A stretch of 64,000 nucleotides of DNA from the human T2T-CHM13v2.0 reference genome, Homo sapiens. The position numbers and the translations under genes were made by a program. This document shows, piece by piece, positions 1-14,168 of this stretch (its first letter is position 1; every line of letters begins with the position of its first letter). Where the stretch lies: assembly GCF_009914755.1 (NCBI RefSeq), contig NC_060939.1, one strand, 5' to 3'. The notes beneath the pieces were generated by a model, which had not been told where the DNA came from, made no database searches, and worked only from the letters and a program-made list of their open reading frames with translations.

Positions 1-186
1 CACTATAACCACTGAAGTAAGACATGGAGGTGTGATTGACAGCCCATAAGAAGCATTATCAGATATCCACAAACTCCAGAAATATTTGAATTTCATGTTG
101 CTCTTGTAGGTTCTCAAAACATTCCATTTTTAAAGAGGCAATATTTTGATATTGTAGTTATTGATTTAAAGTAGACATTAAAAGAT

Positions 187-412
<226 letters not shown>

Positions 413-429
413 GACCTCACTACTGTTGT

Positions 430-1020
430 AAAGGCAAGAAGTGTTTGGAGACATTTGATGGACCCCTGGGACAAGGTGGTGAAGATGGAGGGGAACCATT
501 GAAGGAATTTCCACCAGAATGAGGTAGTATCAGATTTGCCACAATGTGGTGAATTACGAGATATTAGGGTGGGAGGTGGGTGGCCTGGAAGATGGAAGAA
601 GAATTAAATTTTATTGCAACAATCTAAAAATGAGATGGTAACAACCTGAACTAAGATGGTAACAGGATTTGGAGAACTGGATAGATTCTAAACAAAACGT
701 GGAAGGAATACCTTTACCTTTGGTAATTGCTTGCTTGTGGAGGGTGGGGGTGAAGCAGAGGACAAAGATGATGTGAAAGTCTGGTTTGGGTCACAAATTA
801 AATATGGTGTCACTCACTGAGATAAGGATGACAGGAAGAAAATTAGGAATAGGTTTTTATAGGAAAAAAAAAACTTCAGTTTGCAATATTTTCAGTTTGG
901 GTATTTGTGGTTAATTCAAGAAGCTATGTCACCTGAGGGCATTTCCACAGGTTTCTGGAGAGAAGAGTAGGAATAATTAGAATTGATGATCTTGGTTAGT
1001 ACTCTGTAAGGCATCACCAT
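430..1020 (-). mobile_element. L2 LINE relic
   Basis: Degenerate antisense L2 motifs, e.g. GATGATGTGAAAGTCTGGTTTGGG...GGTGTCACTCACTGAGATAAGGA; boundaries approximate. Confidence 0.6.
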
Positions 1021-3029
1021 ACAAGGGACTCACCATCAACTGCTGGTTACCACTCTCTGAACATAATACTCATCTTATAGATTAATTTAGGCGTTTTGAC
1101 TTAAGTGTTAAATTCTGTCAGGATTACATGTGTTTATTACCTATCCCAAGTAATATACAAAACAATAGAAATTAAGACAAACCTTAGAAGTTCCATTACC
1201 TATATCTTCTTGCATCTCATGAAATAAGATCTATGTCACTAACCTCTGTTAAAATAACTTCTTAAAACTAACTTTTTAAGCTCTTTCATAAATTCTTTAA
1301 GCTAATCTCTTTGAAAAATTCTCCATTTATCCTAAACTGAGCCAGTTAATAAAAATGAGAAAAAATGAGAATTTGGAGAAAATTTCATGATGAGAACAGA
1401 CTGTAGAGCTCAGTGGTATCTCACATTTTTCCAGCCCTTTCAAGTAAGGCTGATGCTCTTGCTAAATGTAAAATCCTATATTAATTTCCCATATCTTACA
1501 CCACTGCATCGTTTCTGCAATCAGTAAAGTACTGGATAATTTAAAACACTAAAATATGCCATTTTTCTCATGCCAATAAACCAAAGAAAAATCCACTGAT
1601 AGAGATGATAACAGTGTGAAGAACATGACAGGGAGATCAGAACAGAGGAAATAGCATGCTAATGACATTCAATATTCTCCCTGTGTGAAGTCATCAGCAT
1701 TTTTATTGCAACTATTTCTCAGCATACACTATTAGAATTTATTGAGTCAATCTGTCTCCATCACCTGTGATATAATATATTTTATTCAATAAGATATGAA
1801 ATAATATTTATCTTTCAACTCCAATGACTGGTTTTCAGGACAATAACTGCCTATCAACCAAGCATTACAAGAGTAGGAGAAGTTGTACATTTTAATATCT
1901 GACCGGAGAGTTGTCATTTTAGCATCTGCACATTTGGTATTAAGAAGGGTGCAGACTTCAAGAAATCACTCAGATTCAACAGTTATGGCAAAGGATGGCA
2001 TCAAATTATGTTTTAAATCAGTAGCACGGTGAAGCATACTGCGTGAAGTTGAGGAAGGAAAAGAGTCGACTCTGAAGTTAACTCTACAAGACAGTTATAC
2101 TAGAATCTCTATACCAGAAATAAGAATTAAGCTCACGACTGAGCTCATTCATCTCATAAAAAAAATGGGAAGGGAAAAAATTTTTTTTAATGTCTCAAAT
2201 AGCCCTCATTTAAAATTGAGACAGAAATGAATCTGTAAGTTATGTTTTCAAGTTGTCTGTCTGAATCTGGGGCATTCAGGGAAGCACATTGTGTCTGATT
2301 TTCCATGTCAGCCACTTGGAAGGAAAACTAGACTGTTGATGGCTGCGTGGTTCTTTGGAGGGCGGCGTGTAGGTTTCAGTCAGCCACGCGATAGAATTAA
2401 CCAAGTTCCCAACTTTCTGCACTGTTCAGCTCCCTGGTGGTCTGTCACCTCAGGTAATTTTGAGAAAAGAAAGAATTGAGTCTTTTATTCCCCTATGTGC
2501 TTTGATAAACATTTATTTCATATCCGCTTTTTTCCAGCTTTCCCCTCAGAAACCCCATGTCAACCTGTGACAAAGAGGTGTCACAGCACTGACATGATTG
2601 AGTTGGTATTTGGTGGTTTCACCTCAGAAACGAAGGGGTCCACAACTCCTGCTGGTAAAAAGCACTAATTCATCTGCTGTTAGCTTTACTCACCAGGAAG
2701 TCCCCTCTCCCAGTCAGAGAGCATAGAAGTGCACAGAAGCTACTTCCTGTCAGGCAGTTCATTGCTTGATTGTGTCAACTATTGCCGGCCTGCATGAGTG
2801 GGTCAGGCAGCAGGTAAAATACAGAAATATCTGCCTTCCAACAAGCTGTTGAGATGTCATCTCAACACGTGTCCTGGTGACACCATGTGTGCCCAAGGCA
2901 GCCATCTTTACCACTCTCTGCCTCCTTTTTTTTTTTTTAACTGTAGCCTGAGTTTTATTAAAATTAAACAAATTTAAAAAGTCAACTTTCTATGCCCCAA
3001 CCTACATGTGCTTACTTATTTATTGCATA

Positions 3030-3250
3030 TTAGAAGAAAGTGGAAAAATGTGGATGTTGAAATCATCGTATTTGAATTTGAATCCCAGTTGAGTTATTTA
3101 CTGGCTGTTTCATCTTAAGTGAACTCCCTGAGCTGCATTCTCTTTATCATTAATGCCTGCATTTAAAGGCCCATGGTAAAGACAAATGAAATCATATATA
3201 TAAAGGAATCGCCTCTCTGTGTGACTCATAAGTAGGTGCACTTGCTTTCC
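3030..3250 (+). mobile_element. MIR SINE
   Basis: TTTGAATCCCAG B-box remnant, CCCTGAGCTGCATTCTCTTTATC core-like, AAATGAAATCATATATATAAAG tail. Confidence 0.6.
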
Positions 3251-3814
3251 TCAGCGGGGGCAAAATGAAACAATTAAACTTTTAGGTTATATTATTCTCT
3301 CAAAAGAAAACATAGGAGAGTGCGGCTTGTTGGTTCATTTATTTACTTATTACTGCACAGGAAGAGGGAGACAGGAAGGAGGAAGTGTGGTCAGGAGAGA
3401 TCATGCATTAACCCCATTGAGAATTGCTCTAAGTGTGTGTTTTGTGTATCCTACTTATATCTTCTTAGTGTCCCCATTTTAAAAGCACGTCCTTTCTTTA
3501 CTTTGCCACTGCACAGGATGGTAACAATCAGATTAAAAGGAGTGTATGAGGTTTAAGATTTGTGTTGAAGCTTTACTGAAGTCAAAAGAAGGTGTTATAT
3601 TCCCAGCTTAGTGGGAGAGTGCTTGGCACAGGAAACCTCAGCCTCAAATCCTTGGCTGTCCTCCATAGATTTGAGGTTGCTTTGTTGTGTGTGTGTACTT
3701 TTGTGTATTGGAGGGGAAGGGGAGGTGCTGGAATTGGGGTGTGACTTTGGGGAAAGTGAATGGAGTGGGGATATCTGATAAAGAGATGTGTGGGTTTGGA
3801 TGAGTTCCCATTTT

Positions 3815-4030
3815 TTGTGCTCTGGCTTCAGGACTAGACAGTCATATGTACCAATGTTAGCTCTACCAATCGGAGCAGGTATTACTGTGGCCAAGTGCTT
3901 CAACCACAAGGCACTTGACTTATCTGTTGGTTGGGGAGAAGAATATCTATCTTATGGAAACTAAATGAGGAAATATATGTAAGGTACATGGAGCAGTGAC
4001 TGTTCATCGCTCATTACATGTTAGTTTCCT
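3815..4030 (+). mobile_element. MIR SINE (degenerate)
   Basis: CTCTGGCTTCAGGACTAGAC...TAAATGAGGAAATATATGTAAGGTAC...CTCATTACATGTTAG. Confidence 0.5.
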
Positions 4031-4367
4031 TTTTAAAATGTGGCTTCTTACCTTATATCCTGATGTAATTGAATCAAGGAGAATGACACTGTGACATCTA
4101 TTCCCCTTGCAAAAATGCTGAGCAATGAAACAGCCACTTTAGACCTTAAGCTTTCTCATAGACAATCTATCTCAAAACTTCTCTCCCATTAAATAAAACT
4201 ACACTTCCTTGGACCATATGTCCTGATTAGATGTTCAAATGATATGGTTCTATGAAACCTACATGACACCCTTTATTGTATATGAAAATGAACAATCCAA
4301 TTAATCATCAAGACTGAAGCCAGCTCCCAATCGCTCAGATGGCCCTAATGGAATGGTAGGTTATTGG

Positions 4368-5380
4368 ATATTTATTTAATGAGTTATTGAGAACCTACAA
4401 AGTGCCAGACACTGTTCTAGGTGCTGGGGATACAGAAATAAATAAGATGTGAGAAGTCCCTGAACTTCAGAACTTGCAGGACAGTGATGGAACCATACAA
4501 ACTATCAAATACCTGCACGAAGTGGTGTCTGGTCCTGATTAAATTCTAAGAAGAAAACCAAGGCAGGATACAGGGATAGACAGTAAAAGAGGGGAAAGGT
4601 CTACTATAGATAGGAATGGTCAAGGAAGTCGTCTTGGAAGAGGTAATGTATCTGAGATCTTAATGAGGTAAAGGAGAAATCCAGGCAATGAACTGGAGGA
4701 ATAATATTTCAGAAAGAGAGGACAAACTAACCTGAGACAGGAGAAGACTAATACAAAGAATACTGTGGTTGGGGCTTGAGAGAGCCAACATATGAGGAAG
4801 AGAGATCTGTCAGGTAGGATATAGGTGATAGAGATGTATTAGTCCATTCTCACACTGCTATAAAGAACTACCTGAGACTGGGTAATTTATGAAGAAAAGA
4901 GGCTTAATTGACTCACAGTTTCACAGACCTAACAGGAAGCAGGCCTCAGGAAACTTACAATCATGGCTGATGGTAAAGGGGAAGCGAACACCTTCTTCAC
5001 ATGGCAGCAGGAGACAGAGAGTGAAGGGGGAAGTGCCACACACTTTTAAACCATCAGATCTCATGAGAACTCACTCACTACCACAAGAACGGCAAGGGGA
5101 AATCCACCCCCATGATCCAATCACCTCCCTCCAGACCCCTCCTCAAATTTGACATGAGATTTGGGTGGGGACACAAATTCAAACCATATCAAGAGATAAT
5201 CAGGAACCAGAGAGAGCCAGGCAATGTAGACTGGGCTTAACAATGTGGATTTTATCCCAAGTGCAACATAAAGCCATTGCCAGGTTTAGAACCTGAGACT
5301 GCTGTTATCTCCTTTATATTTTACCAAAATTACTCTGGCCACTCCATGTAGAACTGGCTGTTAGGGAACAACGGTGTACA
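4368..5380 (-). mobile_element. L2 3' region, interrupted by the MaLR LTR at 4835-5191
   Basis: TTATTGAGAACCTACAAAGTGCCAGACACTGTTCTAGGTGCTGGGGATACAG is the antisense L2 3' end; L2-like sequence resumes after 5196. Confidence 0.8.
4835..5191 (-). mobile_element. MaLR solo LTR, MSTA/THE1D-type
   Basis: TGTATTAGTCCATTCTCACACTGCTATAAAG...GGGACACAAATTCAAACCATATCA; exact 5-bp TSD AGAGA (4830-4834 / 5192-5196). Confidence 0.95.
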
Positions 5381-5409
5381 CATTTCTGCTGTAAGCATTG
5401 TTTAGTCAA

Positions 5410-5630
5410 TGCAGTGTGACTCAATGGTGAGCATGGACTGTGCAGCCTGCTCCTCACCAGTGGGCTGACTCTAGGCAAGGCACCGAACTTAGAGTCTTGG
5501 TGTTCACATACATAAATTGTGAGGAAGATGACCCACCCCCAGGACTATTCTGAGAAAGTAATAAAGGGCAAATGTGAAATGCTTGGCGGTGTGCCTGGAA
5601 AATAATAAGTGCTCAAAAGTGTTAATTCCT
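5410..5630 (+). mobile_element. MIR SINE
   Basis: GTGAGCATGGACTGTG...TGACTCTAGGCAAG...GTGAAATGCTTGGCGGTGTGCCTGGAAAATAATAAGTGCTCAAAAGTGTTA. Confidence 0.75.
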
Positions 5631-6106
5631 CCTTGCTCCTCATCTAATGACTCTTCAATTATTCAGCTACTTAAGGATAGTTAGCCTTTACAATAAGCAA
5701 GGGGCTTTGGTCATTACAGAGGGTATGGGATCTCACGTCTTCCCTTGGAGGACTCTCAGCCCAAAAGGATTGGTGGAGGGTAACATGGAAAAGTAGAAGG
5801 GCAGATCACAAAGTAATTGTTAATGTCAAATGATGCATGGAGTGAGTTCCAGGGAAATTCAGTGGAAAGACAATGACCACAGTGGAGTTGCCAGGGATAC
5901 CTTCGAGCCCCTGCAAACCTCAGGGCAGTGGGTGAGCAAAGGGCAGTTGAGTATTAACATTAGCCCACATGTTGAGCAACAAAAGATACTTAGTGAACAG
6001 AGTGGGAGAGAAAAAGTATTACGTTGGCAATGGTAGAAGATAAAGTTGGAAATATATGATAACTCCAGGCTGTGGAGATCTTGAGATACTGGGTAAAGAT
6101 GCTTGC

Positions 6107-6424
6107 TTTTTTGTTTCTTTGTTTGTTTGGTTGGTTGGTTGGTTTCTTAGACGGAGTCTTGCTCTGTCACCCAGGCTGGAGGCAATGGCACTGTCTTGGC
6201 TCACTGCAACCTCCGCCTCCTGGGTTCAAACAATTCTCCTGCCTCAGCCTCTCGAGTAGCTGGGACTACAGGCACATGCTACCACACCCAGCTAATTTTT
6301 GTATTTTTAGTAGAGACGGGGTTTCACTATGTTGGCCAGGCTGGTGTCAAACTCCTGACCTCGTGATCCACCTGCCTCGGCCTCCCAAAGTGCTGGTATT
6401 ACAGGCGTGAGCCACCTCGCTGGC
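6107..6424 (-). mobile_element. AluS (Sg/Sc-like)
   Basis: Full antisense dimer; GACCTCGTGATCC 2-bp deletion; TTTG/TTGG tail. Confidence 0.96.
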
Positions 6425-9400
6425 AGTTTCATCTTTATACTCCATGACCTGCAATTACCAACACTGAAGACAATTATCTTGAGTTAGAAACTATTCCATC
6501 TGTATGTTGCCCAGCTGAGATGAGATGAAAGGACTGATTGCCCTCAGGTGCCACAACATAAGGGAATCCCATTATTAGTGATGTCTCTGTGTGAACAAAC
6601 ACATCTCTCATTCTGCAACCCTTTAGTTAGACAGGGAGGAGTCATACAAAAGGGGTTGTATAGTCAGAGAAGGTGAGGAAGTAGAGAAGGTAGAAAAGCA
6701 TGCAAAGAGAAGAGAAGGTTCTGCCCAACCCTGCAACTGGTGTTTAGTGAACCACTGTGCAAACACACAGCCATGGGACCTCATAATGAATTTTTAACAC
6801 AATAAATCATTGTCATTTATGAAATTGTCACTGGTGAAGAAAATAGCCAAAAGATTCTTTGTGTAATTTCTTTTATGCATATTACCCATCACTAGGTCAA
6901 AAACATCATCATGGGTTCTTCTAACACAAATTTCAGAAAGCTGTGTGCTTCTGGACTGACAGCCACCTATTAATAGGTGTCTGGAAAACCCATTTTCTGT
7001 TATATTTGTTAATAAATCATAGTAAAGCATGAATTATAAAGAAATGTAATGTCTTAGCTAAAGAAATCAATAATGCTTTTAAACACAAACTCATTAGTAT
7101 TAAAGATTATTCCCATTTTTCATTATATTGAGAAAGAAAATGATAATCATATCAATGCGTGACATCCATTGAACTAACGTGATGTTAAATGCATTGTCTA
7201 AAAAATTTAAATGCCCTGTGCAAATCAGATATTATTTATTTACTGCCCCTCCTCCCAGCAATCCTTCTCCCATGTAGATACAATTATTTCCAAAGGGTAT
7301 TTGAGACAGCTTATAAAATATGCATACAATGAACTGAGACAAAAATAGGTAAATCAAGAAATCAGAGAATCATGTATTACTATTAAAAATAGCATGTCAT
7401 ATAAGTGAGAAAAGGAACAATTAATACATCATCTTCTTTGGAAGTGGTTGCTTCTCATCCCATAATCTAAAATACTCTGTAGCTACGATCCTATTAATAG
7501 TCCTATTTTTTTGTCCAAATAATTATTTTAGAAAAGATTAGTATTCAACCAAATATTGAGTAACTTGAGATGACTGTAGAAATAAGAAACATTCTGAAAA
7601 ACAGTTTTCAGAATATCTTGTAAGTCATTTAATCATTATATTTTCACCAGTGCAGGTAAGCAAGTATTAATAATAGTACTTGATGACAACAACGACAAAG
7701 TCACTGGAATATTGTTTGTGCATGCAAATCCAGAGCCCCAGTTATATTCACACATATTCACAGGGATTCACACGTATACATATGCTTGTGTTTCAGTATG
7801 CATAGTTTTATGTTTACTTGTTTTGTGTAAAGAAAGAGACAAAATTTTCCCAGAAGGCAACTACGGAAGGAGACTATCACATGTCTTAGTTCTTGCGGTA
7901 TGCAAGCCAGTACTGCTCCGAGACAACTAGACAAGTGGCTTTTTGCCAAAGCAGGATTTGAGCATCGTGTGCAGCTACTTGTCCTTACCTGTGACCACAT
8001 CCCAAAGTAATTTTAACCAGCTCTGGATTCCTTACAGGTGAAAGTGTGAGGCAGAGACAGTAGTATCCATGTACTCATGCTACTTAGGGAGAAGAATGAG
8101 GAGCATGGAAATTGTGCTAATGTTTTTATAAGGAATGCATAGCTACAAAGTGTTCCAATGCCACCCACTGCTCATTCATCCAATCGAAGAATACGATCCA
8201 CAGAAGTCCCTCAAGAAAGCAAAGTATAACTTTCTTAAAGCATTCTAAAAGTTTAGTGGTAGATTTGGCCTTCGTGGTGAATTTCACTTTAAATATTTAT
8301 TACAGAGTATTGCTATTTTCCCCCTTTTTCTGGTTGATCTTCAAAGGAGCATATTTTATTAACAAACCGTGGATATAAAATATGAAATCAAGATCACCTA
8401 CTGCAGAGGAGAAGCCAAACATCACTAAAAAGGATTAGTTTCTTTCACTGTCGGGAGATTTTTCATGGAAGACCTTGGCTGGCCTTTTGATATTAAAACT
8501 TCCTAACAAGTATTACACAGGAGTTTTAAATTAGAACTTGCTGTCACACAGACAGTTATAAACTGTTAAATATGTCCTTTCAATGCTAAGCTCCTGTAAA
8601 GTATGTACATGGCCACAGCCAAGAGACTCCCTGACAAGTAGCAGGGTGAGATCACAGAGATGTTTGCAAGCTGCCTGCAAGGCCCTGCAGGTGACCCTAT
8701 GTTATGTGTGTCTGTGCATGAGCGTATGTGCGTGCTCAAAAGAAGCTACACATTTCTGCTTCTCAAATCAGATACTTCCCTCCAATGAAAACTTCTAATA
8801 AAAATGCATGTCATATTTTGCAATGATATCTGCCAACCGAAGAGCGATGTTAAAACTCACGTTTCATGCATTGGACTAATTTAATGTTGCGTTTTCTCAA
8901 GTAGCAAGAACTCAAAACATCATTCTATCCTATCATTACAGATAAAGTAGAGACTCATAATTTTACACACTGTGTAAGTTATGGGTCATCCTTTAAAAAA
9001 GTGTTTTTTATTATTTCTTTATCATTCTTTTTTACAAAACAAAAAAGTTAACGTATGAGGTCAATGGCACATCACAGAAATTGGGCGGGGAAGGGGGAAG
9101 AGAAAGAAAACTTAACTTTTCACTTCTTTTATTCCATGTTTTATTTTGTTTATTTAATATTTTCCAATAGCGAAAGTCTCCTCCAAGGGCTTGTTCTGGA
9201 GGTTGCACAATGGACTCTGCTTTTTCCTATCTGACCAGTAGAGCCCGTAATTAGTACTTAATTGTGGTTTATATGGCTACTTTGACCAGGAAGAAAAGAG
9301 TAGCTTTGTTACAGTCAATGAAGTATTTAAAGCTATGCTCAGGATGAGGATGGGTTTATTAAACACTTGGGTAACCAATAATAAACTTACACTGATTGGG

Positions 9401-9855
9401 AAACTCGATACATTTCTTTCATGTGTTGCCTACAAAAAAAAGAATCCAGGTGGAATTGAAAATAGGAGCCCTGTTTGAATATACTAACAGTACCCAATTC
9501 TCTGCAAGGCCAACAGACTCTCCAAAAACACGAGATATTCCTACATCATGCTGACTTTGACAAAAATGATGGACACAGCTTAGATTATAAAATAATAGGT
9601 AATATGTCTTGAGAGCCAGGCCCGGGCTCAGCACTTCACCTGTGGATAAAGGTTAAGTAAATTGCCCAAGGTCACAGAAAAAGAATTCACACCAAGGGAG
9701 TTATATTTTACAACAGGATCACTTAAACTCTAAGTTTCTAAATTTACCTTCTTCAGACTATGTAAAGAAGGTTGCTGCTTGTGTGAATGTTAGCTTTTTA
9801 TTTAAAAAAAATTTTTAAATTATTCTTGTATGGCCTTTCTTCCAAAATGAAACAT

Positions 9856-10354
9856 TGTTAGGAGACAGCATCCCCTTTTCTCTATAGTAGTGAGAGAGAC
9901 TGGATGCTCATTTTCCCAGCTTCCCCTGTAGTAGGGGCACAAGCATGTGCCCTAGGGCCAGCCAGTGGCATCCCAGGACATGAATCGGGGGCTAATGATG
10001 CTCACAGGTGGAGCAGAGGACCATTCATTTTGGCAGCAGCAGATGCAGCAGTAGCAACATCTAATTACCTAGATGTAGAGGGAGCTGAGGTGCCAGAAAT
10101 GATGTGGAGGTGACAGGAGACAGAGCCAGGAGGGTTTGGTGATGGTGGGCAATGTGCTGCAGTGTCTGTGCTCATCAGGGCAAGAGTGGTGTGCTTACAA
10201 GCCTGGTCCTGACTGGTGCCCACCTTCTATTTGCCTCTATTTTCTATGTCTGCCTCTCCATTCTTCCCATTTTTCTGGTGGCTCAAAAAAATGTGTTCCC
10301 TATTTAAACCCACTCGCTTTGGTTTGATGCTTGCAACTGAGATCTCTGTTAAAC
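9856..10354 (+). mobile_element. Old ERVL solo LTR, LTR33-like
   Basis: TTTTCCCAGCTTCCCCTGTAGTAGGGGCACAAGCATGTGCCCTAGG and 3' TTGGTTTGATGCTTGCAACTGAGA resemble LTR33/LTR16 family motifs; TG...CA ends. Confidence 0.6.
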
Positions 10355-10789
10355 ACTAGATAGAATAATAAGGTGATGTGTTCATCTATTTCAGCATTCA
10401 ACAAAATAATTAAGTTTGTTGTATTTTGCAGAACAAGATGAATTTTAATACTTTGAGTCTGAAGAATGACATTTAAAGTTTCGTTATTTCTGTACTGCAT
10501 CTCACCCCTAGCAATCCAGTTCAATGCATGTATGGATAAAGGCGAGCACTCTAAGCCCGCTACTTTTGAGCCTGCACACCCTCTGACAAGGGTGAGAGAA
10601 GGATGTCAACATTGTCATGCTTTTTAGTTCTCTCCCAGGTGAACTAGAGGAGAAACACTGCTTGAGCAAAGGATTAGAATGAAAATGAAACTGGATAACA
10701 TAAAATACAAACCACTTCCTTCTACTTCCTTTCTTAACTCTAATGTTTTTTAGTACCAAAAATAATCACCACCAATACCTCTACGATAC

Positions 10790-11700
10790 TCACTCATTCA
10801 TTCATCCCTTCATTTATTCTTTGCCTTGGAGGAGCCATGGCCTTGCCTGCTTAATAGGAAATGTGGGAGCAGACAGCAGTCAAATGATCCCACAAATACG
10901 GTGTCAAATGGTTCCATGAGCTCCGAAGGGAAAGTCATGGGGACTATTTAAGATGGGAGGGGGGATCTGGTCTAATATGTAATGTCCTAAAAAGAATTTC
11001 TGGAAGAAATTGCACAGGAACAGAGAGGTTATTTAAGTATTATTAATTATTAATTGTTCCTTAGATATTAATTATTAGTTATTAATAACTGTTTATTAAT
11101 AGTTGCTGCCATAATAAATCACTACAAACTTAGTGACTTAAAACAATACATATGTCTTACATCCCTGCAGATCAGAGTTGGAAATGAGTCACATTGGGCT
11201 AAAATCAAGGTATGGACAGGACTCGTTTCTTCAGACTCTAAGGACAATTCATTCCCTTGCCTTTCCCAGTGTCTGAGGCTAGGGGGGTTCCTTGGCTCAT
11301 GGCTCCTTCCTCCATCTTCAAAGCCAGCAGTGTAGCATCTGCTCTCCTTTCTGACCTCTGCTTCCATCCTTACATCTTCTGTCTCTCATTCTGACCCTCC
11401 TGCCTCTTTCTCATAAGAATCCTTGTGATTACATTGGGCCCACCTGGAGTATCCGGGATAATCTCCTCCCCTCAAAATCCCTAACTGAATCACAACTGCA
11501 ACATTCCTTTTAGCATGTATGGTAACATATTCACAGGTTCCGGAGGTCAGGATGCAGAAGGGGCATTCTGTGCTAAGGCACTGAGACAGGCTGGGGCATG
11601 GTGCATTTGAGCAATGAAAGAAGGTCAAGTGGAGAAAATTGGGAAGAATGTGTCATGAAACAGCTTAACAGGAAACAAAAGCCAGTTGGCACAGGGCCAA
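10790..11700 (-). mobile_element. L2 relic interrupted by MLT1D
   Basis: CATTCATTCAT tail at left; AAGGCACTGAGACAGG...TGGTGCATTTGAGCAATGAAAGAAGG after the LTR. Confidence 0.55.
11090..11572 (-). mobile_element. MLT1D-type MaLR solo LTR
   Basis: CACTACAAACTTAGTGACTTAAAACAA...GGGCTAAAATCAAGGT...CCTCCATCTTCAAAGCCAGCA...GATTACATTGGGCCCACCTGGA. Confidence 0.88.
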
Positions 11701-12329
11701 TGTTCACCATCTTCCACAAGGTCCCTATGAATTTTGTAGAGAGAATATTTTTCTGATCACCTTTGGTTTTGACTTCCTTGATTATATGAATTAATTTAGT
11801 TTAAGCATTATCTCACTTTTCTGTGCACACTCCACTGGACCTTTGGTGCTTGTGCATTTAGAAAACTTTGCTGTACATTTTTGTTTGTTCATTTTTCGTA
11901 TGTGAAGAGGTCACTGGGAGGTATAATATGTTAGGAGAACAAAATAAAATAGTAACGTCAATTCAATACATTGTTACAATTCTGAGCTTCTTCCCATAAG
12001 TATCAGGAAACCAATTCATCTCCAGATATCATCAAAGACTCATTCCAGGAATATTTACTTATTTTTTTAAAACAAAAGATACTGGTGACTTTGGCATTGG
12101 CAAGAAGCATAGTTTGTCTCCCAAAAGAACCCACTCTGTGCTGCAACTGACTCATGGTGTTGCCAAAAATCCACTTGTGACCCCTTGTTGCCATTCTCCC
12201 ACTAGTTTGTCAGAGCAATGGATCTGGAGAGGTTGACTCCAATCATTGTCATGGGTCTCTTGTTTAATACTCTAATAGCACATCTGTGAGCTACTTCCTC
12301 CTTCAAGCACTCTCTTCCACTGATTTGTT

Positions 12330-13180
12330 CCACTGGTAAAACAGTGTGCTCTTTTGGTGTGCTCTGGGCCCTCTCATCCTCTTCAACTCAGCTATGACAT
12401 GTTGAGGGACCTCAAAACTCAGCCCCAAAACCCTTATCTCTTCTCTTTGTACATAACATCTTGTATCCTGATTGCTCAAGTCATACTTCGGCTCAAACAT
12501 CCCTTTGAGGTTTAGACCCAAAACTCATCTTCACCAGGATGTCCGCCATGTCCTTGAATGTCCTTCAGCTCTTTACAAAGTCATTTTCCAAACTTGGCTC
12601 TCTTCATGATTCTATTTCATCAGCGATTCATCTAGCTGGGTGAGTCAGGAACTTGATTGTCCTTCTTAATTCCCTTTTCTCACTAATGTCTGTCTCTTAT
12701 CTATTACCAAGACCTGTTGATTCTACCTCCTACATTCTACCTCCCTTAAAAGTCACTCATTTTTCTTCATCTTCACTGGTATTTTAGTCCATACTCTCTC
12801 ACTAGTACTACCAAAAGTCTTCCATTTCTTTATATGTAGCATGCTTCCATCTTTCCCCGGGACCTTTGCACATGCTCCTCTCATCACTTGGTTGACTCAG
12901 ATTTTCGATCTCAGCTCTATAGTCATATCCTTAGGGAAGATGTGGTTGACCTTCCCATCTAAATTAGCTCCTTTCTTTATATGTATTTTTGAGTCCTTAT
13001 TCTTTGTCTCACATTATTCAGTGTAAAATTTAGATTTATTTAATGGATAATTTAATATCTATCTTTCCCACTAGGCTATAACTTGCATAAGGGTAAGACT
13101 GTATTTTGTTCATTAGTACACCCAGCATCTTGCACAGAATTCGACATATAATAATATATTTTGTTAAAGAATAAATAAAT
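12330..13180 (+). mobile_element. L2 3' region
   Basis: Pyrimidine-rich L2 body, GGACCTTTGCACATGCT, CCCACTAGGCTATAACTTGCATAAGGG, terminal GAATAAATAAAT. Confidence 0.75.
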
Positions 13181-13216
13181 TAGTAGCTCAGATAATCATA
13201 ATAACATTTAACCTAA

Positions 13217-13448
13217 GTGGGAATCAACAAACTTTTTTGTAGAGACCGGATAGATATTAAATATTTCAGGCCCTGTGGTCTTTACAGTCTCTGTGGCAAC
13301 AATTCACTATGCCATCATAGTGGGAAATGAGCTACAGATAATCTGTAACCAAAAGGGCATGGCTGTGTCCCAGTAAACCGTATTAACAAAAACAGGCTGC
13401 AGGCTGAATTTGGTCCAACCAAGGGCTTACTTAGTTTGCTGATCCCTA
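13217..13448. mobile_element. MER58A (hAT-Charlie non-autonomous DNA transposon)
   Basis: CAACAAACTTTTTTGTAGAGACCGGATAG...GGGCATGGCTGTGTCCCAGTAAA...TAGTTTGCTGATCCCT with degenerate terminal inverted repeats. Confidence 0.85.
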
Positions 13449-13809
13449 ATCTAGGCTATTGAGTTTTTAAATAACTCCATGTAAAGAACATTACATTGTT
13501 CTTTTGGACTCTGCTTCCACCTTTTACAAGGGTTAAAGATTTCTCCAATTCACATTACTAAATAGTACTTTTAGAATCTTCATCTTAATAAGAACTGCAT
13601 TTAAATTTTAGAGGCTCTCACGGTTTTCTTCTAGAAAAATGAGTGGATGTTCACTTTTATTTTCACCAAATGGCCATACCTGGTTGTTTCCTAAACCAAA
13701 GGAAGTCAATAGTGAGGGCTTTGAGGGTTTTACCTTCAGCAAACTAAAGTAGTAGCTACCGCCAAATGACACTAAGCTAATGGAAAATAGTTTTTCAGTA
13801 ACGTTACTG

Positions 13810-14157
13810 TTCATGAATGACTGCTCCCTCTCATCTCAATGGGTGTGGATTGTATTTCCCCACCACTCCATGGCCAAATGTCTTTCTTTGGCCAATGTGT
13901 TCCAGTGCCAGGTTTCATTCCAAGCCAATGCTTTAAGAGATTGTGCCGCTTTTCTATTGCCCGTGATTGACACCAATGTGCTAGAGATAGATCTATCATC
14001 CTTGGGCCCAAGGAGAAGACAACTTGGAGTACAATTGCAGCCTAAAAATAATGACTATGTAATAGAAGTAAGAAATACATGTTTTGTTGTCATAGCCATT
14101 GATTTTACGGAGTCAACAGTTACTGTACCTTACCATAGCCTATACTGACCAATAAAC
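13810..14157 (+). mobile_element. Old MLT1-type LTR relic
   Basis: GGCCAAATGTCTTTCTTTGGCCAATG and 3' TTGTTGTCATAGCCATTGATTTT...GCCTATACTGACCAATA. Confidence 0.45.
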
Positions 14158-14168
14158 TGAAAATTTCC